A stretch of 64,000 bases of DNA from an uncultured Candidatus Binatia bacterium (GTDB taxonomy: Bacteria; Desulfobacterota; Binatia; UBA9968; JAJDTQ01), in assembly GCA_965215605.1 (NCBI GenBank), contig OZ244070.1:2208001-2272000 (forward strand), written 5' to 3'. Every line of letters starts with the position of its first letter. Within the stretch, counting starts at the first letter, position 1. Below the pieces are notes generated by a model. That model saw nothing but the letters and a program-made list of their open reading frames with translations. It was not told the DNA's origin and did not search any database. The position numbers and the translations under genes were made by a program. Below are positions 1-10,874 of this stretch, one piece after another.

Positions 1-205
1 AGCCGGCGCCTGGAGACGGAGACCCACTGCAATCTCGAAGTGATCTGGTTGCTGCGCCGGCTTCGGCCGGACTTCAAGACGATCGCGGACTTCCGGCGGG
101 ACAACCGGGAGGCGTTTCGGCAGGTGTTTCGCGAGTTCGTGCGTCTTTGCCGCGAACTCGACCTCTACGGCCGGGAGCTGGTGGCGGTCGACGGCACGCG
201 CATCG
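1..205 (+). pseudogene. IS1182-family transposase fragment (window-truncated 5', broken 3')
   Basis: Frame reads SRRLETETHCNLEVIWLLRRLRPDFKTIADFRRDN...ELVAVDGTRI, the DUF772/first DDE Asp region typical of IS1182; similarity stops after DGTRI. Confidence 0.8.
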
Positions 206-286
206 ACCCCATCGCGTGCCCGCTCGTTGCACGGTCCCCGGTCACTGGCAATACGGACCCGCGTTCCGGCATCCCATCCTGACCGT

Positions 287-760
287 TTAATCGTTATCCT
301 GGATCTGGCCGGTCAACGTCATCGTGCTCGGCATGGACCGGATGCCGGATGTCGGTGTGACCCATCCGGTGACGTCGCGGTAGAGGCCGTTAACCTCCTG
401 GTCGTAGAGCTTGAGCTTGAATACTTCCGGGTCTTCTCCATTGCTGTCGTCAATCGTGTTCACAGAGATCTTCTTGGTCTTGACCCCCGAGTTGAAGGTC
501 ACGGTGCCGGTGGTCTCTTCGTAATCCTCGCCCTTGACGGCAGCGGCGTCTTCCGTCTTGTACTTGTAGCGCACCGCCCAGCCGTTCGGTGCAGCCCCGA
601 GTTCGACGGTGAACTCCATCGTGTCGCCCTCGGTTGCGCCGGCGTCCACGGCGTCGGCCGCTTGCGGCGCCACGAGCGCAGCACCCCCCAACAGCACGAC
701 GCCGGCAAGGGCGGCGCGCCATGCGGTCCATTCGGTTTTCCTGTTCGATTCCTGTCTCAT
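287..760 (-). CDS. Small secreted single Calx-beta-like domain protein
   Basis: Signal-peptide-like AALAGVVLLGGAALVAPQAADA, then ATEGDTMEFTV...YKTEDAAAVKGEDYEETTGTVTF...IDDSNGEDPEVFKLKL (Calx-beta pattern); GGAGGG RBS-like site before ATG 760. Confidence 0.7.
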   Translation of the reverse strand: MRQESNRKTEWTAWRAALAGVVLLGGAALVAPQAADAVDAGATEGDTMEFTVELGAAPNGWAVRYKYKTEDAAAVKGEDYEETTGTVTFNSGVKTKKISVNTIDDSNGEDPEVFKLKLYDQEVNGLYRDVTGWVTPTSGIRSMPSTMTLTGQIQDND

Positions 761-855
761 GATCCTCCCTCCTTCTCGGGCGTGGGAGCCCGGTCGCGGG
801 CCGATTGCGCCCTGGACGAGTCGAAAGCTAGCCTGCATTATTCGCCACACCCACC

Positions 856-933
856 ATGACCAAAAATACTCCACTGCCGTTCGAATTGCCAGCCGTAAGC
901 CGCAAGAAGGTGACCGCCGATTTCGCGGGTGGC
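856..933 (+). pseudogene. IS1380-family transposase N-terminal remnant
   Basis: MTKNTPLPFELPAVSRKKVTADFAGG matches the characteristic IS1380 start (..LPF.FPAV.RKKVTA.FDGG); it ends at the stop codon of the convergent amidohydrolase. Confidence 0.7.
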
Positions 934-934
934 C

Positions 935-1927
935 TCAGGAGCCGTTGCCGCTGTCCAGCCCCAGGAGCCTCGCGGCGTTGCCGCCGCGCACCGCGTCGGA
1001 GCCGCCCAGGCCGGCGCGCTCCAGCAGTCCCAGGGGATCGGTCTCGCCCATGTCGTAGGGGTAGTCGGTGCCCAGCAGGAGGCGTTCCTCGCCGGCAAGT
1101 TGATGCAGGAAGGCGAGCATGCGGGGGTCGTGCAGGATGGTGTCGAAGTAGAAGCGGCGGAAGTATGTCTCCGGGTTGCCGGGCACGGCGCGCGCCGCGT
1201 CCACCGCGCCGTGGCCGTGGACCACCCGGCCCAGGAGATATGGAAGGGCGCCGCCGCCGTGCACCAGGCAGATGTTGAGCGATGGGTAACGCTCCATCAC
1301 GCCGCCGAGGATCAGCGATGCCGCGGCAATGGCGGTGTCCACGGGATTGCCCACGAGGTTGTTCATGTAGTACCGGCTGAGCCGCTCCGCGGCGGCGACA
1401 CGGTGCGGATGCAGTTGCACCAGCACGCCCATGTCGGCCGCGCACTCGAAGAAGGGCCGGAACGCCTCGTCGTCGAGGTTGACGCCGTCGATGTGGGTGC
1501 CGATCTCCACCATCCGGATGCCCAGCGCGTCCACCGCGTAGCGCAGTTCCTCCACCGCCGCCACGGGGGACTGCATGGGGACGGTGGCCACCGGGATCAG
1601 CCCCGGCTCACCGCGCGCCGCCTCGGCATTGGTTTCGTTGAAGAGCCGCGACACCGCCTGCCCGTGAACCCCTTCCAACTGGTAGGTCACGATGGTCATG
1701 GGCGGCGACAGCACCTGCCGGTCCAGCCCCCGCTCCCGCATGGCGCTCAGGCGGGCGGGAAGGTCGGAGAGGAACGGCTGCAGCGCCGCGGGCCGCGCTT
1801 CCCCCACCCGCAGCGACAGCCCGCCGGAGCCGTCCTCCTCGATGTGGCAGCCGTGCCGGGCGCCGTCCCGGCGCATGGCCCGGATCCACTCGGGCGGAGT
1901 GAAGTGGGCGTGGACGTCGATGACCAT
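935..1927 (-). CDS. Amidohydrolase_2 family protein (ACMSD-like decarboxylase/hydrolase)
   Basis: IDVHAH metal motif, LHP, HGGGALPY, FYFDT, LGTDYPY. Confidence 0.9.
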   Translation of the reverse strand: MVIDVHAHFTPPEWIRAMRRDGARHGCHIEEDGSGGLSLRVGEARPAALQPFLSDLPARLSAMRERGLDRQVLSPPMTIVTYQLEGVHGQAVSRLFNETNAEAARGEPGLIPVATVPMQSPVAAVEELRYAVDALGIRMVEIGTHIDGVNLDDEAFRPFFECAADMGVLVQLHPHRVAAAERLSRYYMNNLVGNPVDTAIAAASLILGGVMERYPSLNICLVHGGGALPYLLGRVVHGHGAVDAARAVPGNPETYFRRFYFDTILHDPRMLAFLHQLAGEERLLLGTDYPYDMGETDPLGLLERAGLGGSDAVRGGNAARLLGLDSGNGS

Positions 1928-2124
1928 GTGCGTCGTTCCCCTTTGCTTTTGCTGGTGGCCCCTGTGTTTAGGGACCGGACGGACGACTGCGCGATGCGCA
2001 TGCCGAATTCCCTACATCTACTACGCGACAGGTAGATGGGTCCATCCGTCGGAACTTCTCAAGAGACAACTTGATCAGGTATGGTATCGGTCGCGGTCAC
2101 GACGAACTCAAAGGTAGGTTACCG

Positions 2125-5100
2125 ATGCCGCCTAACCATGTAATTGACAACCATCACGAGACTCTGGCGGATCACCTTCGCCCCCGAATGATCAACGCGG
2201 ACGAGCTGCGCATGGTTTCCGCGTATTTCTCAATATACGGGTATGCGCTGCTGGAAAACGAACTTGGGACCATCGGAAGAGTCCGTTTTCTGTTCGGCGA
2301 GCCGGATTCGGCGGCCGATCTTGATCCCGGCAAGCAGGAGTTCAAGTCTTTCGAGATGACGGAGACGGGACTGTCCCCGCGCCATCAGCTACAACAAAAA
2401 CACCTTGCGCTGCGCTGTGCTGATTGGATTCGTAGTAATGTCGAAGTCCGTTCCATCAAGCAGGTGAATTTTCTGCACGGCAAGATGTATCTCACGGAGA
2501 CACGGGACGGTGGCGACGCAGTGGTAGGCAGCTCGAATTTCACTAAACGGGGTCTGGGCGGTGCAGCGGACGCCAACCTGGAGATCAATCTGGCGGTCGG
2601 CGCCGAGCCTCCGGGCGCGTGGCTTGACCTCAAGCAATGGTTCGATGCTCTTTGGCGGGACACCGGCCGCACAAGAGACGCCAAGGACGACGTATTGAAA
2701 GCGCTTGCCCGTGTCGGTCGCGACTACGCGCCGGAGTTCGTTTATTACAAGACGCTCTACGAATTGTTTCGGAGCGAACTGGAAGCCCAGAGAGCCGGTG
2801 AGAGCGACCTGCAGACACGTCTTTACGATACCGGGATCTGGAGGACGTTGTACGACTTCCAGAAAGATGCGGCGAAAACGGTCATCACTCGACTTGAGCG
2901 TCAGGGCGGATGCATCCTGGCGGACAGCGTGGGGCTTGGCAAGACCTACACGGCGCTGGCCGTCATCAAGTACTACGAACTCCGTTTCAACGCGCGGGTG
3001 CTCGTGCTGTGTCCGAAGAAGCTTAACGAGAACTGGATTCTGTATCCGGCCGCGAACGCCCGCAAGCAGAATCCGTTCATGGACGACCGCTTCGCGTTTA
3101 CAGTCCTGTCCCATACCGACTTGTCTCGAAGCAGCGGCGAGGCCGGTTCTATCAATCTCGCGGACTTCGACTGGAGTGGCTTTCATTTGGTTGTCATCGA
3201 CGAATCACACAACTTCCGGAACGCCACGGCAGGGCGCAAGGATAACCAAGGCAACGTCGTCAAGATGAGTCGCTATGAACGGCTGCTTGAGGAGGTCATC
3301 GCCAAAGGCGGCGACACCAAGGTGCTGATGCTGTCGGCGACCCCGGTCAACACGTCGCTCACCGATCTGCGCAATCAGATTGACCTGATGACTAACAAAC
3401 GCGAGGACTCGTTCCATGAGACTCTGGGTATTGGCAACTTCCGCAACTTGCTCGACGCCGCGCAGCGCAAGTTCAAGACTTGGGAGACGAGGAACAGAAC
3501 ACGGGACAAGACAAGCCTAGTCGAAGAGTTGGGAGCAGATTTCTTCAATCTCCTCGCGCGCGTCTCCATTGCCCGATCACGCAGGCAGATCAAGAAGTTT
3601 TACGCTGAGTCCATGCGCGAGATCGGCAGCTTTCCGTCACACGAAGTGCCAGAGAATCGCTATCCGCCGACGGACCTTCAGGGCGGGCTATCCTACAAGC
3701 TATTGAACGACCAGATCTCTTCGTTCTCCCTTTCTATCTACAATCCTTCCGCCTATGTCCTCAGCGAGGATGTGCTGCGCGACCTTCAGCAAGAAAAGGA
3801 AAAGTACCGTTTCAATCAGGCCGACCGCGAGAAGTTCCTGATCGGAATGATCCGAACGAACTTTCTGAAGCGGTTGGAGAGCTCCGCCCGGTCGTTGGCC
3901 CTGACGCTTGAACGCACGGTTGCCAAGATCGACGATCTTGCAGCGAAGATCGACGAATTCGACCGGAACCGAACTGAGTTGGACATCGAGACCGACGTGA
4001 CCCCCGAAGACGATGAGGACGATGAGGAGTTTCTCGTCAATCGAGGACGCCACCCTTTCCATTTGAAAGACCTGGACCGGTCCCGTTGGAAGGACGACCT
4101 CCTGCGGGATCGGGCTGTACTTGACAAAGCGCGTCGGAGCGTGGAACTGGTGACACCGGATCGGGACGGGAAGCTGGCTGCGGTTGTCGAAGATGTTCGT
4201 CGCCGGGCCTCAAGACCCACTACGGACAAGGACGGCCGCACCAACCGCAAGCTGCTCATCTTCACCACGTTCAAGGACACCGCCGAATACCTCTACGAGA
4301 ACCTCGAACCTGTGGCTCGTGAATCGAATCTGACCGTCGCTATGGTTGCCGGAGATGTAGTGCGGGCGCCTGAAGGCCCCAGTGATTTCCAGACGATTCT
4401 CGCCCGTTTTGCGCCTCGAGCGCGCGGAATACACAACGAGAAGAATGAACTCGATCTCCTGATCGCCACCGACTGCATTTCCGAAGGCCAGAATCTCCAG
4501 GACTGCGACACTGTCCTGAACTACGACATCCACTGGAATCCCGTGCGTCTTATCCAGCGCTTCGGACGCATCGACCGCATCGGTAGCCGTAGCCAGTCGG
4601 TGCGCATGATCAACTACTGGCCCACCAACGACATGGAGTTGTACCTGAATCTCCGGCACCGTGTGCAGGCGAGAATGGCGCTGGCGGACGCCGCGGCTAC
4701 AGGTGACGAGAACCGCCTGGCTGGTGATGCGGAAGAACAGGCACAGATGGAACTGAATTTCCGTGATGAACAACTCAAGCAATTGAAGAACGAAATCATC
4801 GATCTCGACGACATGGCGGACAGCGTAGTGATTAGCGACTTCACCCTGGACTATTTCCTGTCGCAACTCCTGCGTTATCTCGAACACAACAGGAAGGAAC
4901 TCGAAGCGGCTCCCAACGGGATCTACGCGGTCACCCAGGCAGAAGAGGGGAACCCCAGGTCCGGGGTTCTCTTCCTCCTGCGGCAGCGCAACGTCGCGGA
5001 CGGCGACGGCGCTCGTCATGTAAGCCTCACGTCACCCTGGTTTCTGGTCTTCATGCGCGACGATGGCACTGTGGGTCTGAGCCACATCAAGGCCCGCCAG

Positions 5101-5376
5101 GCCCTCGACTTGTTCGAGCGCGTGGCAGCAGGACAAGTGGAGTCATTACAGGAGCTCTGTGACGCCTTCGATGCGGAGACGCGTCAGGGTCGTGACATGA
5201 GCCGATACGACGCTCTGCTGGAAATCGCGGTGACAAGCATCGTCGGCCAATTCAAGGAAGTGGTCCGGCAGCATGTCGGCAAGCGCGGGTTCACGATTCC
5301 CAAGAAGGTTGAGCAACCGGCGGAACTCGACGACTTTGAGTTGGTAACTTGGCTGATCGTCAGGAATGGTACGTGA
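2125..5376 (+). CDS. PLD-nuclease + SNF2-family helicase fusion
   Basis: N-terminal LHGKMY...GSSNFT...NLEIN (PLD HxK motif); helicase motifs LADSVGLGKT, DESH, SATP, HWNPVRLIQRFGRIDRIG. Confidence 0.9.
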   Translation: MPPNHVIDNHHETLADHLRPRMINADELRMVSAYFSIYGYALLENELGTIGRVRFLFGEPDSAADLDPGKQEFKSFEMTETGLSPRHQLQQKHLALRCADWIRSNVEVRSIKQVNFLHGKMYLTETRDGGDAVVGSSNFTKRGLGGAADANLEINLAVGAEPPGAWLDLKQWFDALWRDTGRTRDAKDDVLKALARVGRDYAPEFVYYKTLYELFRSELEAQRAGESDLQTRLYDTGIWRTLYDFQKDAAKTVITRLERQGGCILADSVGLGKTYTALAVIKYYELRFNARVLVLCPKKLNENWILYPAANARKQNPFMDDRFAFTVLSHTDLSRSSGEAGSINLADFDWSGFHLVVIDESHNFRNATAGRKDNQGNVVKMSRYERLLEEVIAKGGDTKVLMLSATPVNTSLTDLRNQIDLMTNKREDSFHETLGIGNFRNLLDAAQRKFKTWETRNRTRDKTSLVEELGADFFNLLARVSIARSRRQIKKFYAESMREIGSFPSHEVPENRYPPTDLQGGLSYKLLNDQISSFSLSIYNPSAYVLSEDVLRDLQQEKEKYRFNQADREKFLIGMIRTNFLKRLESSARSLALTLERTVAKIDDLAAKIDEFDRNRTELDIETDVTPEDDEDDEEFLVNRGRHPFHLKDLDRSRWKDDLLRDRAVLDKARRSVELVTPDRDGKLAAVVEDVRRRASRPTTDKDGRTNRKLLIFTTFKDTAEYLYENLEPVARESNLTVAMVAGDVVRAPEGPSDFQTILARFAPRARGIHNEKNELDLLIATDCISEGQNLQDCDTVLNYDIHWNPVRLIQRFGRIDRIGSRSQSVRMINYWPTNDMELYLNLRHRVQARMALADAAATGDENRLAGDAEEQAQMELNFRDEQLKQLKNEIIDLDDMADSVVISDFTLDYFLSQLLRYLEHNRKELEAAPNGIYAVTQAEEGNPRSGVLFLLRQRNVADGDGARHVSLTSPWFLVFMRDDGTVGLSHIKARQALDLFERVAAGQVESLQELCDAFDAETRQGRDMSRYDALLEIAVTSIVGQFKEVVRQHVGKRGFTIPKKVEQPAELDDFELVTWLIVRNGT

Positions 5377-8226
5377 AGCGGAGCCTTCAAGCGCGGTGTC
5401 GTCATGGTGGATCGAACTGAAATACAGGCTGTGTTACGCGGTTTGTCGACCGGCGATCTGCTAGAAGGGGCCACGGGTCTCCTTGAAACCCTCGGCTATG
5501 CAAGTGATCGGACCCTCGCGGATTCTGGGGACCCGCGGGCCTTTTTTGCAGATTCTCCTTCTACTACGGAATCCCGTCACAACCTGCTGGACAAGGCCAA
5601 GGTCATTCGTCTGATCTTTCAGGTTACGGATGAAGAGATTCGATCCGGTGCTGGAGCACGTTTCATGGAATTCGATGGCGCCGGGTTCGATCAAGGGAGG
5701 ACGGATTGTTTTCTGTTCGTCGCTGTGGAATTGCGCGACGAATGGTATGCCCGCTCTACCTATGCCGGGATGACGCGGGAGATCAACCGGGCTTTTGAGG
5801 GAGCGCCCGCGGTCGTGCTCTTCCGCGCTGGACGACGTCTCACTATGGGTTTCGCTGGCCGGCGCGCCCACCAACGCGATGCCGCCCAAGACGTGGTGCA
5901 GGAAGTGAACCTGATCAAGGACATCAAACTTGCAACTCCCCATCGCGCTCACATCGATACGTTGGCCGAACTGTCCCTTCCGGCGATGCTCGCCTGGATG
6001 GACGCGCACGACAAACCCCATAATTTCGACGGCCTTCTCACGGCATGGCTCGCAATACTGAGCACCGAGGAACTCAACAAACGCTTCTACAAGGAACTGT
6101 TCGGTTGGTTCCAACGCGCCGTCAACGAGGCGAAATTCCCCCGCGACAAGAACAAGACCCTGCCTAAGGAGGAGCACATCATCCGCCTGATCACACGGTT
6201 GATGTTCATCTGGTTCATCAAGGAGAAAGGTTTGGTTGCAGGAGACATCTTTGTTGAGACACGGGTTCGCCATTTGTTGAAGGGCTATGATCCTGCGGCC
6301 GGCGATTCCTGGTATCGCGCCGTACTGCAGAACCTCTTCTTCGCTACCCTCAACACCGAGATCGGCAAACGTCGGTTCAGCACCGCCAGTCGAACCACCC
6401 ACCGGGTATTCTCCCTGTATCGGTACAAGGATCTGATGGCGAAACCGGACGAATTGATGGCGCTGTTCGAGAAGACCCCGTTCATCAACGGAGGCCTGTT
6501 CGAGTGCCTGGACAGTGGCGACAGGTCCCAAACCGCGAAGGGTTACCGCATCGACTGTTTCTCGGACAACCTGGAACACCGTGCCAAGTTGAGTGTGCCC
6601 AATCGCCTGTTTTTCGACGAAAAAGGGTTGATTCCGATCTTTGAACGCTACCGATTCACGGTAGAAGAAAACACACCCGTCGAGCAGGAAGTGGCGCTGG
6701 ATCCCGAACTGCTCGGCAAAGTGTTCGAAAACCTCCTCGCCGCCTACAACCCGGAAACGCGCGAGACGGTGCGCAAGCAGACCGGCTCCTACTACACGCC
6801 GCGGCCGGTGGTGAACTACATGGTTCGGGAGACAGTGGCTGCGGCGCTCGCAGAAAAGCTGAAAGCGGAGAATGACAAGGCCACGGAGTGGCGAGAACGT
6901 CTCGCGGGTTTGGTTGATGAAACCCATGCCTTCGGGAGTGACGACAACAGTTTTTTTGACGATGACAAGCGGCAATCGGTGGTCCGGCGCATTGCCGACC
7001 TGACGGTTCTGGACCCTGCCGTCGGCTCCGGCGCGTTTCCCATGGCCGTCCTGCATGCCTTGACGCTGGCACTCCGTAGACTGGACCCGGACAACCACCA
7101 TTGGGAGCAGGTCCAGCGGGACCGCGCCGGAACTCGCGCCAGACGTGCCTTCGACACCAGCGACGACGACACCCGTGGATTGGCGCTCAAGGAGATAGAC
7201 GAGACCTTCAAGCGCTATCGCGACTCTGACTTCGGGCGCAAGCTGTATCTGATCCAGAACACCCTGTTCGGCGTGGACATCCAGCCCATCGCCTGCCAGA
7301 TCGTCAAGCTGCGCTTCTTCATTTCGCTGGCGATCGAGCAGCAGGCGACCAAGGATTCTGCGGATAATTACGGCATTCGTCCGCTACCGAACCTGGAAAC
7401 CCGCTTCCTCGCGGCGAACACGTTGCTCGGAACGGCGGCGCAACGCAATCTTAGAACAGGGGAACAGGATCGCATCGAGGGCGAATTGCGAGAGAATCGC
7501 GAGCAGCATTTCAATGCCACCACTTGGGATGAAAAGACCGAATGCAGAAAGATCGACGAAAAACTCCGGACCGCACTGACGACAGAGCTCGTGCGTAACG
7601 CCGGCTTGTCTGGTGTCGAAGCAAGGAAAATTGCTGCGTGGGACCCATACGACCAGAACAGTGTGGCGGACTGGTTCGATCCGGAGTACATGTTCGGCAT
7701 CAACGACGGGTTCGATGTGGTCATCGGCAACCCGCCCTATATCCAGTTGCAGAAGAACGGCGGCCAGTTGGGGCAGTTTTACAGGAACGCCGGATACCAG
7801 ACGTTTGCCTCCACCGGCGACATCTACCAGCTTTTCTACGAAAAGGGCTGCCAACTGCTGAAGCCGGCCCGTGGACTGCTGGCCTACATTACGTCCAACA
7901 GTTGGTTGAAAGCGGAATACGGCAAACGGCTGCGCGGTTACTTCTCTGGTCAACACACGCCGCTGCGCCTGCTAGAGATGGGCAAAGATGTTTTTGACAA
8001 CGCCATTGTGGATACGAGCATACTGATTGCCCGCGAAGGGCGCGAGAGCGTCACCAGCAAGGCCGTGGATATGGACCGCTTGCCGGACAAGACGATCTTC
8101 CCACCGGCTGAACATCTTTGGGGTGAGCTGCGCCCCCGTGGCGAAAAGCCCTGGAGTGTGCTGTCATCCGTCGAGCAGGGTATTATGGACAAGATGGAGA
8201 AAGTTGGAACGCCGCTGAAAGAGTGG

Positions 8227-8238
8227 GATATCGCAATT
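8227..8238. repeat. 12-bp GATATCGCAATT, inverted copy at 13380-13391; outer limit of TRD-cassette homology
   Basis: Exact 12-mer on opposite strands, both in the DIAI reading frame. Confidence 0.7.
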
Positions 8239-8293
8239 AACTACGGAATTAAGACCGGCTACAACCGCGCCTTCATCATCGATAACATCACTA

Positions 8294-9447
8294 ATATCCT
8301 GTCCGATTAATTAGTTGAAAAACAATACAGGGTGTAGTACCATGGGGAGAAGGGTGAAGGAGGCACCATGGCACGACCACCAGCAGGGATCGTTTTGAGT
8401 GAGGAAGAGAAGGCGGAGCTTGAGAGATGGAGCCGGCGGCGCAATACGCGAGCGGGTCTTCATCTGAGAGCGGGCGTGATTTTGGATTGCGCGCGAGGTT
8501 ACACAGGGGAGGAGGTGGCGAAGCGACACCACACGAGCCAGCAGACGGTGTCGAAGTGGCGGGGGCGGTTCGCCCGAGAGCGACTGGCGGGACTGTCCGA
8601 TGCTGTACGAAGCGGCCAGCCGCGCAAGCACAACGACATACGGGTGCAGGAAGTGTTGGACGCGACACTGAATCGACGGCCGAAGCATGCCACGCACTGG
8701 AGCGTGCGGAGTTTATCCGAGGACCTGGATGTGCCACGGGATTTCGTTCATCGTGTATGGCGAGCATTCGGGCTCAAACCTCACCTGTCGCGAAACTTCA
8801 AGCTATCCACCGATCCGCACTTCATCGACAAGGTGCGGGACGTGGTGGGTCTTTATCTGAATCCGCCGGACAAGGCGCTGGTGTTGTGCGTGGATGAAAA
8901 AAGCCAGATTCAGGCATTGGACCGTACCCAACCCGGTTTACCGCTGAACTACGGCACACCCGAGACTCGGACCCATGACTATCGGCGCTATGGCACCACC
9001 ACGCTGTTCGCCGCACTGGAGGTAGCCACGGGTCGAGTGTTGGGCAAGCTGCACCGCCGGCACAGAAGCCAAGAGTTCATCGCCTTCTTGCGCCACATCG
9101 ACTCGCAGGTCCCGGCCGCCTTGGAAGTCCACCTCATTCTCGACAACTACGGTACCCACAAGACCGCCCAAGTCAAGAATTGGCTGTTACGACACCCCCG
9201 ATTCCACTGTCATTTCATCCCCACCTACAGTTCCTGGATGAACTTGGTGGAGCGCTTCTTCGCAACCTTGTCCGAACACCAGTTACGCCGAGGCACCTAC
9301 CGCTCCGTGGTCGCTCTGGAGAAAGCCATACGAAATTACCTCGACCTGCACAATCAACATCCCAAGCCGTTTCGTTGGACCAAGTCCGCTGATGCCATCA
9401 TTGACTCCGTCACCAGCGTTATTAAACGAATTAACCAGACACCACAC
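8294..9447 (+). mobile_element. IS630-family insertion sequence
   Basis: TA duplicated at 8292-8293 and 9448-9449; imperfect IRs ATATCCTGTCCGATTAATTAGTT / GTGTGGTGTCTGGTTAATTCGTT (rc). Confidence 0.92.
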
Positions 9448-9450
9448 TAA
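8368..9450 (+). CDS. IS630-family transposase
   Basis: HTH N-terminus; [46 protein letters not shown]. Confidence 0.95.
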   Translation: MARPPAGIVLSEEEKAELERWSRRRNTRAGLHLRAGVILDCARGYTGEEVAKRHHTSQQTVSKWRGRFARERLAGLSDAVRSGQPRKHNDIRVQEVLDATLNRRPKHATHWSVRSLSEDLDVPRDFVHRVWRAFGLKPHLSRNFKLSTDPHFIDKVRDVVGLYLNPPDKALVLCVDEKSQIQALDRTQPGLPLNYGTPETRTHDYRRYGTTTLFAALEVATGRVLGKLHRRHRSQEFIAFLRHIDSQVPAALEVHLILDNYGTHKTAQVKNWLLRHPRFHCHFIPTYSSWMNLVERFFATLSEHQLRRGTYRSVVALEKAIRNYLDLHNQHPKPFRWTKSADAIIDSVTSVIKRINQTPH

Positions 9451-9672
9451 CAGGTTGTTGAAAAACTCCGCCTGACGCGGATAACAGTAAGTAACATATT
9501 GGTATTGAGCGGGAGTAAAGGATGAGAGGAACGGATCCGCGTCAGGAAGGGATGTTCAGCTATGTGTCGCCGGCGGCGCGAGTGCCTGCGGACCATCCAT
9601 TGCGAGCGATGAGGTGGTCCTGGTTTGTAGGACAGGTAGGCGGCGGAGATAAGGTGTATTCCAGACGTTCGA

Positions 9673-10599
9673 TCATGCCGCCAAGGTCCCGTTTATCACG
9701 TCTTCGTGTTCCGATGGAACTGACAGAGGGGCGGGCGGGGTGTGAGGTCCGGCCTGCCTCTTGAGTCCTCGTTCGTAGGCCTCGGCCGGGGTGGAGCCGG
9801 CGAGGGCGGAATGAGGCCTTTGGGTGTTGTAGAAGTGGAGCCAGTTGGCGATGGTCCTTTGGGCGGCGAAGCCGTCCGAGAGCTCGTGCAGGTAGACGGC
9901 CTCGTACTTGAGGGAGCGCCACAGGCGCTCGATGAAGATGTTGTCCATGCACCGGCCCCTGCCGTCCATGGAGATGGCGACGCCGGCGTCCTTGAGCACG
10001 GAGGTGAACTCCAGGCTGGTGAACTGGCTGCCCTGGTCGGTGTTGAAGATCTCGGGAGGGCCGTAGCGTTCCAGAGCCTCTGAGAGGGCCTCGACACAGA
10101 AGCGGGCATCGAGGGTGTTCGACAGCCTCCAGGAGAGCACCCGGCGGGTGGCCCAGTCCATCACCGCCACCAGGTACAGGAAGCCCTTCTGGACAGGGAT
10201 ATAGGTTATATCTGCGGTCCACGCGTGATTGGGCCGTTCGATGGCGACCCCCTTGAGCCGATAGGGGTAGACCCGGTGCTCGGGATGCGGTCGGGTGGTC
10301 CGCGGCGCCTGGTAGATGGCCTGGAGACCCATCAGGCGCATCAGACGCCGCACCCGGTGACGACCCACACGGTCGCCCTCCCGCCACAGATGGCGGACCA
10401 TCTGGCGGCTGCCGTAGAAGGGGTACTCCAGGAACAGCTTGTCTATCCGGCGCATCAACGCCAGATTCTCCCCGCTCTCGCCCTTGGGCCGGTGGTACAC
10501 AGAGGATCGACTCACTCGAAGCAGATGGCATTGACGGCTCAAGCTGAGCTTGGGATGGCCGGGCTCGATCATCCCCCGGCGCTTCTCCCGGCTCACCAC
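9673..10599 (-). CDS. IS3 transposase OrfB (rve integrase core)
   Basis: WTADITYIP, FNTDQGSQFTS, DNIFIERLWRSLKYE; lies in the -1 frame relative to OrfA, with a T6 run at 10615-10620 (coding strand). Confidence 0.92.
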   Translation of the reverse strand: MVSREKRRGMIEPGHPKLSLSRQCHLLRVSRSSVYHRPKGESGENLALMRRIDKLFLEYPFYGSRQMVRHLWREGDRVGRHRVRRLMRLMGLQAIYQAPRTTRPHPEHRVYPYRLKGVAIERPNHAWTADITYIPVQKGFLYLVAVMDWATRRVLSWRLSNTLDARFCVEALSEALERYGPPEIFNTDQGSQFTSLEFTSVLKDAGVAISMDGRGRCMDNIFIERLWRSLKYEAVYLHELSDGFAAQRTIANWLHFYNTQRPHSALAGSTPAEAYERGLKRQAGPHTPPAPLSVPSEHEDVINGTLAA

Positions 10600-10874
10600 T
10601 TGAGCCCTTTGGCCAAAAAATCCCGCTCCACCGTCAGCTCCCCTATCTTCGCGTGCAGGTCCCGGACCTCCCCCTCGTGGTCTCCTCGTGCCCGCTCGGC
10701 TCCCTTCGAGAACACCTCCTTCATCCCCTCCACCGCCCGTTGCTTCCAGGTGCTCACCTGGTTCGGATGGACCTTGTGCCGCGCCGCAATCTCCTGGATC
10801 GTCTTGTCTCCGCGCAGCGCCTCCAGCGCTACCTTCGCCTTGAACTCTCCGCTGAACCGTCGTCGTGTGCTCAT
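10593..10874 (-). CDS. IS3 transposase OrfA (HTH)
   Basis: MSTRRRFSGEFKAKVALEAL...VHPNQVSTWK...LHAKIGELTVERDFL. Confidence 0.92.
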   Translation of the reverse strand: MSTRRRFSGEFKAKVALEALRGDKTIQEIAARHKVHPNQVSTWKQRAVEGMKEVFSKGAERARGDHEGEVRDLHAKIGELTVERDFLAKGLKW

